Source of the DNA: Rebecca billardiae RCC1528
Lineage: Eukaryota; Protista; Haptophyta
DNA length: 64,000 nt
Assembly: GCA_965240325.2 (NCBI GenBank)
Contig: OZ251225.1
Span: 3,224,001-3,288,000, forward strand
Direction: 5' to 3'
The notes below the pieces were generated by a model that worked only from the letters and a program-made list of their open reading frames with translations, was not told the origin of the DNA and did not search any database. Of the stretch, positions 59,164-64,000 are shown one piece after another. The translations under genes and the position numbers were made by a program. Numbering within the stretch: the first letter of the stretch is position 1; each line of letters begins with the position of its first letter.

Positions 59164-60597
59164 TTACTCGACAATGGCCGACTCTCCGCGCTCCGAGAGC
59201 TCCGCTGCGGTCGGCATGTCCGCAGCGACGAGCTGCTGCAGCTCCTCCGGCGACACGTTGCCGTCCGAGCTCGGGTCGAGCTTCTCGATGAAGAGGCGGT
59301 TCGCCTGGCGCATGCGCGCGCGGTCGATGGCGTTACGCACAGTGCGCGCGTTCGAGAAGAACGGCAGCTCCATGCGCTTGGTGATGTAGTCCTTGAGCAC
59401 CGGGATCGCGTCGTCCGCGAACGAGTACTCGAGCTCGCGCGCCATCACCTTGGCAATGTCGACGAGCTCCTCCGGCTCGTAGTTGGGGAAGTCGATGTGG
59501 TTGCCGATGCGCGAGGACATGCCCGGGATGTACGAGAAGAACTTGTCCATGCGGTCCTTGTACCCGGCGAGCGTGACGATCAGGTCGTCCTTCTGGTTCT
59601 CCATCACGTTGAGCAGGATCTCGATCGACTCCTGGCCGTAGTCCTTGTCGTTGGCCGCGTTGTACAGGTAGTACGCCTCGTCAATCAGCAGGATGCCGCC
59701 GAAGGCCTTCTTGATCATCTCCTTCGTCTTCGGCGCGGTGTGGCCGACGTACTGGCCGACAAGGTCGTCGCGCGTCGCGACGACCACGCCGCCGTGGCGG
59801 CAGTAGCCCATGCGCTGCAGGATCTGGCCCATGCGCATCGCGACGGTCGTCTTGCCCGTGCCGGGCGCACCCGTGAAGCACATGTGCAGCGAGGGGATCG
59901 AGGTGTCGAGGCCGAGCTTGCGGCGCATCTTGTCGATCACCAGCAGCGACGCGATGTCGCGCACGCGCTGCTTCACCGGGACGAGGCCGATCATGTCGTT
60001 GTCCAGCTCCTCCAGCACCTCGACCACGCCGTCGCGGTACATGAAGTCCTCGACCTGGACAGAGGGACAGGCGGGGCGCGCGGGGCCGGGGCCGGGGGGC
60101 GCGCGTGAGCGGGTGGGTCGGCGAGGGGAGTGCCGAGCCAGACGCGGCGACTTCGAGCATGCTCGCGCACCACCCTCGCGTGCGCGCGCGCGCGCTCTCT
60201 GCCACGCGCGCGCGCGCGCGCGCGGGTAGCTGCGGGCGCGCGTCCGGACCTTGCCCGCGGGCGTGTCGTCAGGGATCGCGTTCATCGCCGCGATCTTCTT
60301 CTGGCGGCGCATGCGCTTCTCCTCCTCGGCCTTGAGCGCGGCCATCGCCTCCTCCTCCTCCTTCCGGCGCTCGACATCCGCCTCCTTGAGCGCGTCCGAC
60401 AGCTTGCGGTAGTTACCCGCGTTCGGGTCGCCCGCCATCGCCTTGTCCTCATCGAACTGCAGACCACCGCCGCCCGAGGACATCGTCACGGCGACGCGCG
60501 AGGGCGCGACACGCGACTTCACCGGCGCCATCGGGCCGGTGTGCATGGCCTCGGCGCCGAGGAGCAGGCAGGCCGCGAGCGGGAGCGTGCGCCACAT
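59164..60597 (-). CDS. cbbX: Nuclear-encoded CbbX (red-type Rubisco activase, AAA+) with bipartite plastid leader; in-frame intron 60055-60249
   Basis: [83 protein letters not shown]. Confidence 0.96.
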   Translation of the reverse strand: MWRTLPLAACLLLGAEAMHTGPMAPVKSRVAPSRVAVTMSSGGGGLQFDEDKAMAGDPNAGNYRKLSDALKEADVERRKEEEEAMAALKAEEEKRMRRQKKIAAMNAIPDDTPAGKVRTRARSYPRARARAWQRARARAREGGARACSKSPRLARHSPRRPTRSRAPPGPGPARPACPSVQVEDFMYRDGVVEVLEELDNDMIGLVPVKQRVRDIASLLVIDKMRRKLGLDTSIPSLHMCFTGAPGTGKTTVAMRMGQILQRMGYCRHGGVVVATRDDLVGQYVGHTAPKTKEMIKKAFGGILLIDEAYYLYNAANDKDYGQESIEILLNVMENQKDDLIVTLAGYKDRMDKFFSYIPGMSSRIGNHIDFPNYEPEELVDIAKVMARELEYSFADDAIPVLKDYITKRMELPFFSNARTVRNAIDRARMRQANRLFIEKLDPSSDGNVSPEELQQLVAADMPTAAELSERGESAIVE

Positions 60598-60958
60598 CGT
60601 GTTGATTGCTTGTCGGACGTCGCTCGCTCCTCGCCGCGACGAGCGCGCCGAAAGACGCAATCTCGGCCGCGAACAGCGATGAAGCTCGCGCAACCAGATT
60701 GTGGCAATTGATGCGGCGTGGGTATTTGCGGCTGGCAACGCGGCCAACAGCGTCCGGTCGCAAGTCGCCGTGAGTCCGCGTCTGGCGTCTGGAAGATGCG
60801 ATCATGCCACCGGAGTTTCGTCGGTCACCGCAAACACGGCGGTTTTTCGTGAAAATAAAAGGCGCCGAAAACTCGAGCCGGACTGTCTCACGTCCGGGCC
60901 GTGCACCGGGCACCAGCCGACGCAGCACGGCGCCGTATCGCTGCCGGCTGCGTAGCAC

Positions 60959-62070
60959 ATGTCGTTCAGGCTTTTCCACCATCGGCTACGCCTGCCAGTG
61001 ATAGGCTCGCCGCTCTTCATCGTGTCCAACCCAGAGCTCGTCATTGCCCAGTGCAAGGCCGGCATTGTCGGCTCCTTCCCCTCGCTGAACGCGCGCACGC
61101 CCGAGCTGCTCGAGCAGTGGCTCGAGCGCATCGAGCGCGAGCTGCGCGACGCCGCGGCAGGGGGAGCAGTCGTCGCGCCGTTTGCGGTGAACCAGATCTG
61201 CCACTCGTCCAACGACCGCTTGCGCCAGGACCTCGAGCTCTGCGTGCGCTTCCGCGTGCCGATCGTGATCACGTCGCTGCAGGTGAGCAAGGAGGTCATC
61301 GATGCCGTCCACTCGTACGGCGGGCACGTGCTCCACGACGTGATATCCGTGCGCCACGCGAAGAAGGCCATCTCGCTGGGCGTCGACGGGCTCATCCCGG
61401 TGTGCGCTGGCGCCGGTGGGCACGCCGGCACGCTCTCGCCCTTTGCGCTCGTGCGCGAGCTGCGCAGCTTCTTCTCTGGGCCGATCGCGCTGTCCGGCTC
61501 GATCAGCGACGGAGCGTCGGTGCTCGGCGCGCTCGCGATGGGCGCCGACCTGGCGTACATGGGCACGCGCTTCATCGCGAGCGCGGAGGCCAACGCCGAC
61601 GACGAGTACAAGAAGATGCTCTTCGAGTCGAGCGCGAGTGACATTGTGTACAGCTCACTCTTCACCGGCGTGCACGGGAACTACCTGGGCGGCTCGATCA
61701 AGAAGGCGGGCCTCGACCCCACCGCGCTCCCGGAGGCGGATAAGACGTCGATGAACTTCGGGTCGGCCAAGAAGGGAGGGAACACGGGCGCCAAGGCGTG
61801 GAAGGACATCTGGGGCTCCGGTGCGTAGTGCCGCACGCAGCGCGCCACCAGCGTGCGGGTTCCCGCCGGCGTGCGCTGTGCTGCCTGCGATGCGCCCGCG
61901 CGCCTTGCACTCACCGACCACCGAGGCGCTTGCCGCACGCTTCTTGCGCCGACGCTACCGCAGGCCAGGGGATAGGCAGCATCGTTGACGCGCCACCAGT
62001 GTCCACGCTTGTGGACCGGCTGGAGGCCGAGTTCACCGCCGCTCAGACACAGCTGAGGTCCAAGCTATGA
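60959..62070 (+). CDS. Nitronate monooxygenase (2-nitropropane dioxygenase) family; intron 61821-61963
   Basis: LRLPVIGSPLFIVSNPEL, AGAGGHAG, AYMGTRFIAS, AWKDIWGSG|QGIGSI. Confidence 0.92.
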
Positions 62071-62123
62071 AGTATGAGTCACTGGCGTCACTGCTTTAGT
62101 GCTTAGCTCATCGAAAGAACAAT

Positions 62124-62176
62124 TATATATATATGTGTATATATATGTATGTATATATATATATACATATATATAC
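62124..62176. repeat. Interrupted (TA)n tract between convergent genes
   Basis: Directly visible. Confidence 0.9.
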
Positions 62177-62365
62177 TGAGTCACTGACGGTCTGAGTGAG
62201 ACTGTCTGTGAGTGACGGGACATCGGAGTATCCGCATGGATCGCGACCGTACTGGCACGCGGACTCGGTCAGCACGGACTGCTCGGGTTGATGACTCGTC
62301 GGTCATTCCGAAGATCATCCAGCCATCGCATGCTGGATGATGACGAATGACGATCTGAGCCAGAT

Positions 62366-64000
62366 TCAAGCGACCGAGGCGGAGGCACTCGCGGTTGCGG
62401 TCGTCGAGGTTGCGGGCGTCTCGGCCGCTGACGAGCCGGTGGCAGTCGCCCCGCCTCTGCCCGGCGCTGACGTGGCTCGTCGGACTGACGATGAACCCGA
62501 CGTTTCCTGCACCGCCGGCGGGTCGATTGGCTTCTCTGCGAGCGCAGCTGCACGCTGCGTCAGCGTGAGGACGGCCGAGGGCTGGTACCACTGCTGACTC
62601 AGCGACGGGCTGCGCGCGCGCGCCTTTGTGCCCGAGCCGCGCCTGTCGTGCGGGATTGACTGCGGCTGCTTTGGGTCGAGCGGCATCATCCTCTGGTGGA
62701 TCACCTCGAGGATGCGCTCCTCGACCGTTGGGTGGCGGGCGATGACCTCGCGCATGTCCTGGATCGTGAGCCTGAGCAGCAGCGCGAACGAGATGGTCTC
62801 GATGGTCGCGCTGCGCACGCGCGCCGACTCGACGCCGACTACGGCCATCTCGCCGAAGAAGTGGCCCGCGTACAGCGTCGCCACGCGCCCCTGCCGCCGC
62901 GGGCGCCGCGGGCGTCGCACGCGCGCGCCGTGTGAGCACGACACGCACGCCTGGGCGCGCGCGCACGCCAGCGCGCGCACGCCGGGCGCGCGACGGCGCT
63001 CGAGCGCGCACCCGGTCGCGCTTGGCCACGCGCACGGAGCCCTGCTTGATGACGTACATCGCGTCGCCGTCGTCGCCCTCGGCGAACACAAGCTCGTTGG
63101 GCGCGTACAGCAGCGGCTTGATGCGCCACAGCACGTCGACGACGGCGGCCTCGGGCACGTCGCGGAAGAAGGGCACCTTGACGATCAGCTCGCCGTGCGC
63201 GGCGAGCAGCGCCTGCGCCTGCAGCTTGGGCGAGACGCCCTCGAGCACCTTGGACTCGTCGAACATCAGGTTGGACTGGCCGTAGAAGCGGAACCACTCA
63301 CGCAGCGCCTGCCGCGTGCCGAGCGGCAGGTTGTTGCGCTCCATGTAGCTGTTGAGCTCGTCGATGCGCTCGATCATGCGCAGCTGCGCCTTGTTCTTGT
63401 CCGTGACCGCCTTGATCGTGTTGGTGATCCCAAACGTGAAGGTGAACGCGCCGATGCCCATCACGAAGATCGCAAAGCCGCGCTCAAGCGTGTTGGACGG
63501 GTAGATGCCGCCCGTGCCCGTGCCGGGCGACATCTGGCTGAACGCCCAGAAGAGCGAGGCGACGTACTGGTCGAGCGCGTCGGCGTCGGCGAGGTCGGAG
63601 TTCACCAGCCAGCTCGAGCCGTAGTGCTCGATCCTGCCGAGCGTGTAGTCGCCGCACAGGAACCACGCGGCGGCAAACCAGTGCGCCACGACGAGCGTGG
63701 CGAATGCGAACTTGACGACCACGCGCGTCGAGCGCGGCACGAGCAGCATCACGCCCGAGCGCATGAAGACGTGGAGCAGGCCGGGCAGCCGCAGCAGGCG
63801 GACGAGCGTGAGCCAGTGCCGCCGCATCCACGCCGGCTGAAGCAGGTCCCACGGGATCGCCGAGACCAACGCCACCGGGAACTCGGTGCGCGCGTACTGG
63901 CGCGCAATCTCGACCGGCTCCATCGAGACGCGACCGGTCGGAGTGATCACGCCTGTGCGGAAGCCGAGCACGACGTCGAGGAGGAAGAAGGCGTCGTTGA
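62366..64000 (-). CDS. Cyclic-nucleotide-binding-domain cation channel (CNG/HCN/KCNH superfamily), 5'-truncated by the window; intron 62891-63011
   Basis: S4 LVRLLRL, HWFAAAWF, YVASLFWAF pore helix, C-linker, CNBD FAEGDDGDAMYVIKQGSV..|..FFGEMA..RSATI. Confidence 0.9.

Overview
High-GC, intron-containing eukaryotic nuclear DNA from an alga with a red-lineage plastid. A nuclear cbbX and a fibrillin carry signal/transit-like leaders, and the short CG-rich introns look haptophyte-like; the taxon is an inference. About 21 protein-coding genes are densely packed, 16 of them in eight head-to-head pairs: J-domain pseudophosphatase, steroid 5-alpha-reductase family, two sulfotransferases, a secreted kinase-like protein, fibrillin, an LNR+kringle membrane protein, an MlaF-MlaE ABC fusion, a nardilysin-like M16A peptidase, an ATP-grasp protein, fucokinase, a USP deubiquitinase, a PPT1-like thioesterase, a RING protein, MAPEG, an FkbH-ACP-ankyrin fusion, CbbX, nitronate monooxygenase, a cyclic-nucleotide-binding channel and two unknowns. 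Two gene-free islands hold non-autonomous TIR elements. At 1.3-5 kb there is a TA-flanked TIR element and a decayed hAT remnant. At 35.15-46.63 kb there is an 11.5-kb nested element inserted in (TA)n. It contains a second TIR element with a 7-bp TSD and an A-B-A-B-A composite (period 3923 bp). A is an 812-bp TIR module, and B carries a 5-copy ~410-bp array that looks like decayed Sel1-repeat coding sequence. The strongest candidates for something new are this composite and the FkbH-ACP-ankyrin protein. All domain calls come from motifs recognised by eye; no searches were run.
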